This document shows, piece after piece, positions 37,379 through 47,600 of a stretch of DNA of 64,000 nucleotides. Source of the stretch: a virus; IMG/VR virus record IMGVR_UViG_3300042894_007649, positions 1 to 64,000 of that record. One strand, 5' to 3'. The notes beneath the pieces were generated by a model that saw nothing but the letters and a program-made list of their open reading frames with translations, was not told where the DNA came from and did not search any database. How positions within the stretch are numbered: the first letter of the stretch is position 1; each line of letters begins with the position of its first letter. The position numbers were made by a program, and so were the translations under genes.

Positions 37379-37765
37379 ATGGAAAAAAATCACAAGCACA
37401 TGATTCTTAATGCAACAGTTAGGAATCCTATCGTTTCTGAGGAATCTTGCAAAAATTGGTTAAAGAAACTTGTCGAAATTGTTGACATGAAAATTCTTAT
37501 AGAACCTGTGGCAAAATACTGCGATACATGTGGAAATGAAGGAGTTACAGGAACTGTCGTTATTGAAACGAGTCATAGCAGCATTCATGTTTGGCACAAA
37601 GAGGAAGAGCCTTACATAAAAATGGATGTTTATTCTTGTAAAGATTTTTGTCCTGATGTAGTTGTCGATTTCGTCAAGGAAACGATGGACATTGTTCATG
37701 GTGGATACATGATTATTGATCGCAATGGATCTTTGCCAGAATTAATTCAAACTGGTATTATTTAA
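37379..37765 (+). CDS. speD: S-adenosylmethionine decarboxylase proenzyme
   Basis: GVTG.VVIETSHSSIHVW...DVYSCKDF pyruvoyl cleavage motif. Confidence 0.9.
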   Translation: MEKNHKHMILNATVRNPIVSEESCKNWLKKLVEIVDMKILIEPVAKYCDTCGNEGVTGTVVIETSHSSIHVWHKEEEPYIKMDVYSCKDFCPDVVVDFVKETMDIVHGGYMIIDRNGSLPELIQTGII

Positions 37766-38627
37766 TTTTTCCTCGTTGATCCAATATACTTTTTGCTAAA
37801 ATAGCCATATAGTGTGCGTTTGGCGTATTCATACATTCGGAAATTATTTTTATTGGGTCGCCAAATGAAAAATGTTCTGGTGATGGGTAGGAAAACATAG
37901 ACTTATTGAAATGAGGTGGTACGCCATGTTCGTAATCTATGAACATGGTTTTCTTCCCATCATTCATAATTGAGCAAAGATTATCGACATTTAAAATTTG
38001 AATATCTTTTTGATAATCAATCATTGCTATGATCCAAGACAATCTGATTGTTTCTTTCCAAATTTCTTTATTTTTGATAATTTGTCCCAACATAATTTCT
38101 TCTGCGATTAAAATAATTTTCCAAAGAATGGCTGGATGAAATGCATTTATGACAAAAACATTACCGAGGTTTATCCATTTTTCTTGGTAATATTCTTTGG
38201 TGTTTTTCATTTTTTCCCAAAATCCATTACAGTTTTCTTCGGCAAAATCAAATGTAAAAAATGGATCTTGAGCATATAGAAAAACACGCTCTTGTTTTAT
38301 TTTTTTTATTTCATCAATTGGATTTTGTAATACAACATGTGATTTCATTATTACAACTGGCGCATCGATAAGTTTCTTTTCTACAACAAAATAAATTTGA
38401 TACAACTCATTGAGGCCAGAAAATCCTTTTTTCTTGCCAAAATCTTCAAAAGCAAATATTTTTTTATGATTTTTAAGATTAATTATTTGATCATATCTGT
38501 ATCTTTTGTCTGAATTATAACAAATTGCAAGATCTTTTTCTATTCTATTTTTTTTGAAACTTTCAATTAAAAGTTCCATTTGCCAATCATGATAGGCGCA
38601 TTGGTTAACACTTACGAAGTAATTCAT
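37758..38627 (-). CDS. glycosyltransferase-like protein (HPAT/SERGT-like N-terminus)
   Basis: FVSV..CAYHDWQMELLIESF; no clear DxD. Confidence 0.45.
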   Translation of the reverse strand: MNYFVSVNQCAYHDWQMELLIESFKKNRIEKDLAICYNSDKRYRYDQIINLKNHKKIFAFEDFGKKKGFSGLNELYQIYFVVEKKLIDAPVVIMKSHVVLQNPIDEIKKIKQERVFLYAQDPFFTFDFAEENCNGFWEKMKNTKEYYQEKWINLGNVFVINAFHPAILWKIILIAEEIMLGQIIKNKEIWKETIRLSWIIAMIDYQKDIQILNVDNLCSIMNDGKKTMFIDYEHGVPPHFNKSMFSYPSPEHFSFGDPIKIISECMNTPNAHYMAILAKSILDQRGKIK

Positions 38628-38642
38628 AATATAAAATAGTAA

Positions 38643-38987
38643 TTATTTACAGTCTTTTGTAAAAAGATAAAACTGTTCATATGTTCTATAAACTTCGCTA
38701 TATGCTACTCCCCAAGAAGCATCATGCGATCTTAGTTCAAATTCTTTATCATTTAAAGAATCATGAAGGTGGTTCCATGCTCGTGCGTGTGCCCATTCGT
38801 GAAGAAGAGTGTCAATTGCTGATCCTTCACTCATTTGATTATTGATTCTTATATAGAATTTTTTATTTTCCAACATGCAGTCGCCGTCTAGTCCTTTCAT
38901 TTTCACTCGACGAACTGTAACTGGATAAGCGGGAGGTAATTTTTCCCTTAGCATGGAAACAATTTTTCTATAGACTTCATATCCCAT
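38643..38987 (-). CDS. small HExxH metallopeptidase-like protein
   Basis: TLLHEWAHA...HDASWG. Confidence 0.75.
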   Translation of the reverse strand: MGYEVYRKIVSMLREKLPPAYPVTVRRVKMKGLDGDCMLENKKFYIRINNQMSEGSAIDTLLHEWAHARAWNHLHDSLNDKEFELRSHDASWGVAYSEVYRTYEQFYLFTKDCK

Positions 38988-39002
38988 TTGCCTCCAATAG
39001 GA

Positions 39003-39554
39003 TCAGAACTCGTGCATGTTACCTGTTACTGCATCATGTATAATTATTCTTTCGATGGTTGATTTTTTTTGTTTTAATTCTTTTGCTAGTTCAGAAAATT
39101 CTTTTATATGTTCTGGTCGATCTTCCCATATTTTTAAAACATTATATTTTGGACTCATTAGTTTAATTAAATTATTTTTTTTAATTTCAAATATTGTTGA
39201 TCCAACAGAACCATGTTGTCCAGAAAAAAAATAATGATCAAAAATCATGTCATTGTATTTTAATATTTGAATTATTCTATTTTTAAAAAAATATGGTCTA
39301 CCAGTCATTAGGACTACGGTGGAATTTTCATCTGCTGAATCTAATTTTTGATGATTAACAACATTGTTGACATACCAATTTTGATCTGGTTTTTCTGGAA
39401 CAACAGGAGGGGACAACGATTCTTTTCGTCCCCACCAGCCTTTAAAGGGCCATTTTTTTCCAGTTGATTTTTCATAGAGTTGCTCGCCTAATTCTTTATT
39501 AGGCGAGTGAAATAAAGTACCATCAAAATCATAAATCATTAGACTTTTTGGCAT
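39003..39554 (-). CDS. HAD phosphatase (RNA-repair-like)
   Basis: YDFDGTLF, LMTGR, K, WEDR motifs. Confidence 0.85.
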   Translation of the reverse strand: MPKSLMIYDFDGTLFHSPNKELGEQLYEKSTGKKWPFKGWWGRKESLSPPVVPEKPDQNWYVNNVVNHQKLDSADENSTVVLMTGRPYFFKNRIIQILKYNDMIFDHYFFSGQHGSVGSTIFEIKKNNLIKLMSPKYNVLKIWEDRPEHIKEFSELAKELKQKKSTIERIIIHDAVTGNMHEF

Positions 39555-39588
39555 TTCCGATTCTTTCTGTTAATGTGTGAATCGAATT

Positions 39589-41058
39589 TTAACATTTATT
39601 ATTTTTAATTGTATCTTGCCAACGATTCGTTAGCAAGAGTTTATTGATAGAATCAAATTCATTTCCAACTGGTTCTCTTCCTAAAGCATGAATATAAATT
39701 GGATTAATTTTTTGAACACCAAAGGCATCAATGTTATGACTATTGAGGTCATCACCGTTGAAATTCATGAAATTATCAACTTCATGGCTATAGTTGTTGG
39801 TAACGTGCATCCACTCTTTAATTTTAGATTTTGTTAAACCAGTGTGGCTTTTTATCATATTGTAAAATTCTGATGAATCGAATTTGTTTTTACCCCACTG
39901 ATAAAATTTAACCAGATAAGAAATATCATTTGCTTCTTGTTTGTTCCATCCGCCAGCAATTAGAAGATCTTTTACATCGTTTGGGTTATTTTTTCTTAGT
40001 ACCCAAGCACAAGCCATCCAACGGTCAGACCTTAGATCGGCAGGTATTTCGCTGGGATCAAATTCAATGTTTGGGAACATAAGTCCCATAAGCCCTGTTG
40101 AATGATATGTGTTTAAAAATTTCTTGGCATCAACATCAGGATTTTCTAAGCCTTTAACAAATTCATCTTTCATTTGTTTTGGATCAATGCTGGAAAAAAT
40201 TTCATTTGAATCAATTTTCTTGTTGTATTTTTCGGGGAATTTGCCTTTGCCGTAACGATTGAAATGATTGACCATTCTGAAAATGGTGAGTGGATCTTCT
40301 TCCATTCTTTCACCAAATTTTTCCCCAACAACCTTTAGTTCTCCTGATTTAAGGTGATGAGCGCCGCCAAATGGATCGACTAGATCGCTATTTTCTCCAT
40401 CAGCTTTGGTCAATGGAATATACATGGCATTGATTGTTAAGTCACGATTGGAGGCATCTTCTTCAATGCTGGATGCCATTTTAGCATCTTCTGGATTAAA
40501 GTTTTTACTTTTTGGTGATTTAGATAAAGTTGAAATACGAAAAGGTTGACTTTTGACAACAGCCAGTATTTCCATTTCTTTGCCACGCTTGTCCCAGCGG
40601 CTTGCATAGAAAATTTTTCCACTCTCTACTGTATTGGGCAACTTATCATTTTTTGGTTTATCGCCTTGTGATTTTACTTCTTTAAAGCCAGCGTTTTTAA
40701 GAATCATGCGTATTTCACTGGGAGTTGCATCTGTGACAAGATCATAATTTTTTGGTGTTTTGCCAACAAGGTGATCTCTGACAGCACCACCAGTTAAATA
40801 TAATGATTTCTTTTTTAGTTGTGGCTCAACTTCTCCCTTGTTTTTTTCAATTGTGGTGTAGCCTAAACCAACTTTATCTGAATTAACAAATGCTTTGACA
40901 ATTTTAGCTAAATTAGCATGATTAGACTTATCGATAACAAATGGTAAAAACTCATTATTTCCTTGTTTTTTTTGAAGCTTAACGTGTGAAGTTACTGTGT
41001 TAGAAGAATTTTCTTCACTTTCTTCACGAATTCTAAAATATCTGGAGAATAGGCTCAT
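39589..41058 (-). CDS. CCA-adding/poly(A) polymerase family nucleotidyltransferase (degenerate motifs)
   Basis: GGAVRDHL.G..PKNYDLVT, RDLTINA, DPFGG, EDPL. Confidence 0.85.
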   Translation of the reverse strand: MSLFSRYFRIREESEENSSNTVTSHVKLQKKQGNNEFLPFVIDKSNHANLAKIVKAFVNSDKVGLGYTTIEKNKGEVEPQLKKKSLYLTGGAVRDHLVGKTPKNYDLVTDATPSEIRMILKNAGFKEVKSQGDKPKNDKLPNTVESGKIFYASRWDKRGKEMEILAVVKSQPFRISTLSKSPKSKNFNPEDAKMASSIEEDASNRDLTINAMYIPLTKADGENSDLVDPFGGAHHLKSGELKVVGEKFGERMEEDPLTIFRMVNHFNRYGKGKFPEKYNKKIDSNEIFSSIDPKQMKDEFVKGLENPDVDAKKFLNTYHSTGLMGLMFPNIEFDPSEIPADLRSDRWMACAWVLRKNNPNDVKDLLIAGGWNKQEANDISYLVKFYQWGKNKFDSSEFYNMIKSHTGLTKSKIKEWMHVTNNYSHEVDNFMNFNGDDLNSHNIDAFGVQKINPIYIHALGREPVGNEFDSINKLLLTNRWQDTIKNNKC

Positions 41059-41113
41059 ATTTATTTCCTAGCATAAGATTATACTTTATTTATCAATAGA
41101 TCAGCTTTTTTAG

Positions 41114-41410
41114 TTAACTTGGTGGAGATTGTAATTTTAAAAAATACAAAATAGTTGCACCTATAACCATTAATGCTAATTTCCACGCACTATCAAAAAC
41201 TTTTTCCCAAAACCCATTCATATTATCAATTTTTAACTTATATGATTCAAGAGACAACTTCAAATCTATCAATTCTTTTTTTAAGGCTTTGATTTCTTCA
41301 GAAATAGAATCATTGTTTCCAATTAAGTTGTTGATACGTTCATCATGCCTTGAAGATGTCTCAACAAGTGAGTCGATACTTTCTTGTGTTTGATTTTTAG
41401 GCGGTGACAT
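41114..41410 (-). CDS. coiled-coil protein with C-terminal TM
   Basis: Heptad pattern followed by a hydrophobic tail. Confidence 0.65.
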   Translation of the reverse strand: MSPPKNQTQESIDSLVETSSRHDERINNLIGNNDSISEEIKALKKELIDLKLSLESYKLKIDNMNGFWEKVFDSAWKLALMVIGATILYFLKLQSPPS

Positions 41411-41451
41411 AATTTTCCGTTTCTAGTTCTTTAAACCTATATATTCTAGCC

Positions 41452-41973
41452 ATGAATAACTCAGAAAATATAAAAGAAAAGCCAGAAGTGGTGATTGCAG
41501 AAGAAGTAGCGAATGATATTTCGCAAAACGACGAAGACACCATTGAATCAATGATTCCTTCTATGAATTTAAGTGTTCCTGAAAATGGAGTACCCAAGGA
41601 AAACCATTTGATTTCTGATGAAAAATATTTGGAAGTAATTGATGAAATCATGACCAATATGCGAGAAGATCGAAAAGAAGTCACGAATTTCATCGATACT
41701 TTTTCTAATATGGTTATAAATGATGGCGATGCAACAACTTCAACCAAAGAAGCCTTGGTTAATTTAATTAAAACAAAAGTTGACTTGCAAGATAAAATGC
41801 TCAAGGCAGCAGACTTAATGACAAGACTAAAACTTAAAAACACTTATGCTTATTCTGGCCCACATTTAAATGCTCTACAGCAAAATAACATAAATATTGG
41901 GACAGACAATACAAATTTTAATCGCAAAGAAATAATTAGAGCAATCAACCACGCTAAGAAGAAAAAGGAATAA
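41452..41973 (+). CDS. hypothetical protein, possibly small-terminase-like
   Basis: Helical core EALVNLIK...DKMLK followed by QQNNINIG tail. Confidence 0.35.
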   Translation: MNNSENIKEKPEVVIAEEVANDISQNDEDTIESMIPSMNLSVPENGVPKENHLISDEKYLEVIDEIMTNMREDRKEVTNFIDTFSNMVINDGDATTSTKEALVNLIKTKVDLQDKMLKAADLMTRLKLKNTYAYSGPHLNALQQNNINIGTDNTNFNRKEIIRAINHAKKKKE

Positions 41974-41975
41974 AA

Positions 41976-43298
41976 ATGTCAAGACACGCAATCAATTCAT
42001 GGCTGGCTGAAGCTTCTGGAGATGTTGCTTCTGGTCAATCCCCAATGGGGCAACCAGATTCTCCTCCTAGTGCTGGTGGGCCACCTGCTGGCGATCCAAA
42101 TGCTGCCAACCCATCAACTGAAATGACGCCTCCTGTTGCAGGCCAACAACAAAATAGTCCAGATGCTGCCAATAAATCACAAGAAATGCCAGATGTGAGT
42201 AATGATCCAGCCGCTCCTGACATGCCTGAAAATAAACAAAATCAAGATTTTGAAACTTGGAAAAATGAATTTTTCAAAGAAAGCGTTCGTGGCGATGTAG
42301 GTAAACTAATTGAAATGATTCAAAATATTCGTGACGCAAAACTAGAGCCATATCCACGAAAATTTGTAGAAGACAATCTTCAAATATGTTTTTTACGTCA
42401 AAATGCAAATATAGATAAGGCTTGTAAAAATATTCGCAACAATATAAAGCAAAACCTTGATCAGAACAATCCTTCCGTTAGTGTTGTCAATCATATTAAC
42501 ACAGCATTGCAAACTACACCTGATATGAATAATATTTTCATAAAACTTAAAGGATTGCTTGGCATGAAAGGTGATCTACATAGAAAATATTTATGCAGCC
42601 TTTTAGGAGCCGTTCAAGTTGGAAGCGGTGGCAACAATGAAGATTTAATTTATAACGAAAGAGATTATTCTATTCGTATTTCCACTAGATTTAACGATAA
42701 GTGGGGTAAGGTTGATATTGGTAAATGGAGCTTGCGTGAAGATGATCCAGAAAGATATTTGACTGAGCCTGAACAAAAAAGAATGGACGATGGAAGCCCA
42801 GAAGAAAAGGATGTTTTGCGTCGTCGTGTTGTAATGGAAGCAATAGCAGAAACATTCAAAAAACGCTCGTTTATCATCAATGTCGTTGGCACAGATGGAA
42901 CCATTCACACACTTGGCTGGGACATGGCGGTTAGTCTGAGAAACGCTTACGCAAACGGCAAATTAATTGTAAAAACAATTCTAGGCGATAACAGCGAAGC
43001 CATGATTGATGAAGAAGGAACAATCATTCCTTATGTTGACATAAAAATAAAATATGTCAAAGACGCAGAAGGAGGAGTCGATGATGACGGAAGACCAGCC
43101 AAAGAAGAACATGAGTTTATGGAAAGAATTGATGGAATTCTTTTTTTAACAGCACAATTCCCAATTTTAAAAGAAGCCTCTACTTCATTTGGAGGAATTG
43201 TTTTAAAAGAAATTCCATATACAGGAAACCCAAGTGATTTGAATGTTTTAATGAGATGCGTTCCATCAGCACCAGAAATTTTACTTCGCAATTGTTAA
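41976..43298 (+). CDS. hypothetical (probable structural) protein
   Basis: 440-aa ORF with Pro-rich N-terminus after INSWLAE. Confidence 0.7.
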   Translation: MSRHAINSWLAEASGDVASGQSPMGQPDSPPSAGGPPAGDPNAANPSTEMTPPVAGQQQNSPDAANKSQEMPDVSNDPAAPDMPENKQNQDFETWKNEFFKESVRGDVGKLIEMIQNIRDAKLEPYPRKFVEDNLQICFLRQNANIDKACKNIRNNIKQNLDQNNPSVSVVNHINTALQTTPDMNNIFIKLKGLLGMKGDLHRKYLCSLLGAVQVGSGGNNEDLIYNERDYSIRISTRFNDKWGKVDIGKWSLREDDPERYLTEPEQKRMDDGSPEEKDVLRRRVVMEAIAETFKKRSFIINVVGTDGTIHTLGWDMAVSLRNAYANGKLIVKTILGDNSEAMIDEEGTIIPYVDIKIKYVKDAEGGVDDDGRPAKEEHEFMERIDGILFLTAQFPILKEASTSFGGIVLKEIPYTGNPSDLNVLMRCVPSAPEILLRNC

Positions 43299-43375
43299 CA
43301 TATTTGACTTAAAGATCGTAAATAGTAATTGATTAGTTTTACAGAAATATAAACCAAAAAGCAATTAGGGGAAAA

Positions 43376-43852
43376 ATGAAAGTTTTTCTTGAATTTATTG
43401 ATAGAAAACAGCGGGAAGCAAAAAGACAATTGAAAATTGTCGAAAAATCTCTTCGCAAAGGTAAATTGCACGTTTATTCACACATAGAAGACGATGATCC
43501 ACATCTTTTTGTCAAAGCGAATAATAAAAAGTTAAGTTTTGAAGGTATAAGAATTTATCATATTGGCGATGGGATTGCATATAGAGTGCAAAAACTTGAA
43601 AAAACAGAGCCTTATGGTAAATCATATGCGCTCAATGTCGAAGAAATGTACAATGACTTCATGAGCGAAAACATGGATGAAAAAGAAGCCGCCGAAAAAG
43701 TTATGGAGGCAATGGTAAATGAAATAAAGAAATTTTTCCACCATAGCGCACAAGCAGAAGATAAATTGAGAACTGGACAGAAAGATGGAGTAGGAATGAT
43801 TGTAAAAACAGGCGGATCTGATTACAGCAGCACTGTTTTAAATAGAATCTAA
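43376..43852 (+). CDS. hypothetical protein
   Basis: MKVFLEFID N-terminus. Confidence 0.7.
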   Translation: MKVFLEFIDRKQREAKRQLKIVEKSLRKGKLHVYSHIEDDDPHLFVKANNKKLSFEGIRIYHIGDGIAYRVQKLEKTEPYGKSYALNVEEMYNDFMSENMDEKEAAEKVMEAMVNEIKKFFHHSAQAEDKLRTGQKDGVGMIVKTGGSDYSSTVLNRI

Positions 43853-43860
43853 GGAGCAAT

Positions 43861-44052
43861 GTGGAAGACAAAGTAAAATATCAAAATGAAACTGATGACA
43901 CAATAGCTTTAATTATGGCTATTTTTCTTCCGCCACTTGGCGTTGTAATTAAAAGAGGAATAGATATTCAACTTGTTATAAACATTGTTTTGACTATGTT
44001 TGGATGGTTCCCGGGAATAATTCATGCTCTTTATGTTATTTTAAAAAAATAA
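43861..44052 (+). CDS. YqaE/Pmp3 family membrane proteolipid
   Basis: AIFLPPLGV...INIVLT.FGW.PGIIHALYVI; terminator at 44069-44099. Confidence 0.9.
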   Translation: MEDKVKYQNETDDTIALIMAIFLPPLGVVIKRGIDIQLVINIVLTMFGWFPGIIHALYVILKK

Positions 44053-44126
44053 TTTGCCCAATTTCACTAAAAGCCCTGCATTAATGCAGGGCTTTTTTTA
44101 TTTAAACATTTTAAATACATAAAATT

Positions 44127-44612
44127 ATGGCAGTACCTTTTATTGACGCAATGTTGCCGGGAGATAAGGCATCACCAAATAAACCAATAGGTCGTGGAAG
44201 TCTTATTACATTTAATTATATTTTCCACAAATCTGGACACGATCCCTATCCAGTAGTATTGGTAACAGATATTTGGCCTAACTATATTCGTGGTATAAAC
44301 TTAAATTATTTAACATTCCCAACTATCAAAAAAATGGTATTTCCAGCACCAAATCAAACAGTTTGCGATAACCCATCATTCACATATCAATATATAAAAG
44401 GTAGTGAATATATAGTTTCAGCATTCCGTCAGTATAAGCGCAATGGAATTCAGCGATTAAAAAAACTAGACTGCGCTTTTATAGTAAAAGCTCTTGGACT
44501 TTCTCGGTCTTTTGATCCAAATGAGATAGAAGCAATTCGTAGATCAGTTCGAGAGCAAATTCGCCAGCTAGCTAATGTAAGAGCAGCACCCACTGGTGAA
44601 ATGACGGTATAA
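44127..44612 (+). CDS. T4 gp2-like DNA end protector
   Basis: GSLITFNY...DPYPVVLV.....GINLNYL....FRQY. Confidence 0.65.
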   Translation: MAVPFIDAMLPGDKASPNKPIGRGSLITFNYIFHKSGHDPYPVVLVTDIWPNYIRGINLNYLTFPTIKKMVFPAPNQTVCDNPSFTYQYIKGSEYIVSAFRQYKRNGIQRLKKLDCAFIVKALGLSRSFDPNEIEAIRRSVREQIRQLANVRAAPTGEMTV

Positions 44613-44696
44613 ATAAATTATCTTTTTATTCGATAAGTGTTTTATCGAATACTAAATACTCATATAAATAAAGACAATTATTTAATTTAGGCGTTC

Positions 44697-47600
44697 ATGG
44701 ATCAACCCATATTAGACAATCTTAATCGTAATGTTGGAAGCGTTATAACAAGCCTTCAAGCATTAAAAAGTGCATTAGATACTGCTTCTACTGGCACAGC
44801 ACAACCTGCTGGCGGTGGAAACGTAAACATGGATGACTTAAAAGACATACTAGGAAAATTCGTCAAAGATTTTAAAGAAGTATCAGAAGAGCAAAAAAAA
44901 TATACAAAATCTGTCGTCAAAGCAATGAAAGATGTTATAAAAGCTCGTAGCAGTGGCGGCGGTGGCGGCGGTGGTGGCGGTGGTGGTGGTGGTGGTGGTG
45001 GTGGTGGTGGTGGTGGTGGTAAAAAATCCAAAGCAGACCAAGAAGAAATTAAAAATCTTCAAAGTAAATTGAGCTTAGAATCTCAACTTATCGATTTTGC
45101 TGAAAAAAATAGTTTTTATGGTGAAAATAGTGTCGATACTTTAACTGAAGCATTAAAAATAACTGTTGCTCAACATAAAGTAAGAGCCAATGCTTTAGTC
45201 AGCATACAAGGAATTAGTGACGTTGAAAAACAAGCATTGAAAACAGAATATAAGCGTTTAGAAGCTATTAAGAATGGCCAATATGCTTATTATAACATGG
45301 TTAACCAGTTAAGAGAAATTACTGGTTACATGAATACATTTGAAAGTGGCCTTGGTCTAAAAACCATGGAAACACTGACAAGCGGAATTGTTCAAGAGGA
45401 AATGAAATTTACTCAAGAAGTTCGCAAAGCAGCTTATGAAACAGCAGGACTAACCAAAAATAGTCAATCTCTTCAAAGAACATATGAAGAAATTGGCACT
45501 TCTGTTAAAACAACTGGCTTTGATAGAACTAAATTTCAACAATCTTATTTAAAATCTTTAAAGAGTGGTGTTAAAGATTTAAAGCAAGCTGTATCATTAA
45601 CAACAACTCAACTTAACACTGAAAGCCAATTGGGTCTTGAAGCAGGATCATTACAAGAAACATTCCAATCATTTGCCCAAACAGGAAGAATGACTAATGG
45701 TCAACTTGCTGATATGGGTCGTGGTATGCGTGATGTAGCTAAAAATACTGGATTAACAGGCGAAGCATTAAAAGGAGCAGTTGATTCAAGTCGTGAAATA
45801 ATTAATCAACTCAGAAATGCAGCAAGCCTAACAAGCACTGCTGCTAAAAATGTTATAGAAATGAATGCAAATGCCAAAAAACTTGGTGTTGATCAACAGA
45901 TGTTGCAATTGCAAGGTGGATTGACAAGCGGCGCTAAATTACTGATGGACTCATCTTCACAAACTCAGTCAATGATATTTTTAGCAGCAAGTAAAGTTGG
46001 AAAAGTAAACGAAGCAATGAACGGAACTCTTCTTTCAACAAAAGAAGGAATTAAATCTCTTGGCACTGGATTGCAAGGAATTCTTAAAGATTTCGGTGTC
46101 GGAAGCCTTGAAGAAATTGATCAACTGTCAGCAGAAGCAAAAACAAGATTAAATATTCAACTAAAATCCGTCGTTGGAATGGAATTAGGAGAGTTCCGTT
46201 CTTTGATAGAATCTGTAAATGAATCAGGAAAAGGTCTTGGAGACAGACTTGGCGATATCAATAAGAAAATGAAAGATAATATAACCGCTGATGAAAAAAG
46301 AGCTTTAGTTGAACAAAAGCGCCAGTTGAAAGCTAGCAAGCAACTTGAAATATTGACAGCACTAGATGAAGCAGCAAAAGGCGCAAAAGATATGAATGGT
46401 GCCTTAGCTAAATTTGGCGAAAGAAGAAAAGATTTTGAAGGCGATTTACAAGCATTAGGATCAAGCTGGCAGAATGAAACACAAGTTGCTAAAGATGCAA
46501 TCAAGGGAGCAATTGAAAGCGTTAACAAAGGGCTGAAAGAGGCTGGTAAATCAGAACTTAAAATAGATTCTTCAGAAATAGAAAAGGCTGTTAAAGACCC
46601 ATCTATGTTAAGGGAATTGACTGCTAAAATAAGCAAGGGTGAACAACAATTAGCCACTGCACAGAAAGCACAACTTGATCCTGTAACAGAGACAAATCAA
46701 AAACTAACTGAAATAAATGACACTCTAAGAAATATGTCTCAAAATGTTATATCAAAAATAATGAGCAGCATTTTTGGAAAGTTATTGGTTGTTGGAGCAG
46801 TAATTTCTGGAATTGCAGCTTCAGTTATTGGTCTTGGAATTCAATTAATTGCGATTAAGAAGACATTGCAAAAAATTGCCTTTGGAGATATGAGCAAAGG
46901 AGAATCTGAACTAAGTCTTTTAGATAACCTAAAATCTGTTTTCACTAGCAAAAAACCAATTGAAGGCGTTAATATTGGTAAAACAGAAACGGAAAAACTA
47001 ACAGGTCAAACATCTCCAACTAGTACTGTTACATCAGAAGCGCAAAAGAAAACAAAAGCAGAAACGCAACCGCAAACTCAAACTGTTGCACCTAAACCAG
47101 AATCAGTAAACGTAGAAGAAAAAATAAGCAAGTCATCAGAAATTCTTACAAAAATTTTAACTACTTTAGATACAATTAAAGATTGTATTTGTAAACCTTC
47201 TACACCATTGACTCAACCACCAGCAGCAGCACCTGATCCAATGGCTGCATTGACACAAGCAAAACCAGCAGCAGCACCTGATCCAATGGCTGCATTGACA
47301 CAAGCAAAACCAGCAGAGCCAGAACCTGTGCAAGTTGCTGAAAAAGCTGCTGGAAAAGCAGCTAAAAAGAAAAAGCTAACTCCAGAAGAAATTGCAGCAC
47401 TTAAAGCTGAAGGTCAGGCAAGAAAAGAAGCCGCCAAAGCTAAAGGACTTGATCCAGCAGTTGAAAAATCCATCAGAAGAAATCAAGAAAAGAATATAAA
47501 GATGGATACGAAATTAAACAATATAGAGAGAAAAGAACAAATAAAAGAAATAAGAAGAGGCAAAAAAGACGATAGAATATTAAGATTAGAAGAGCAAGCT

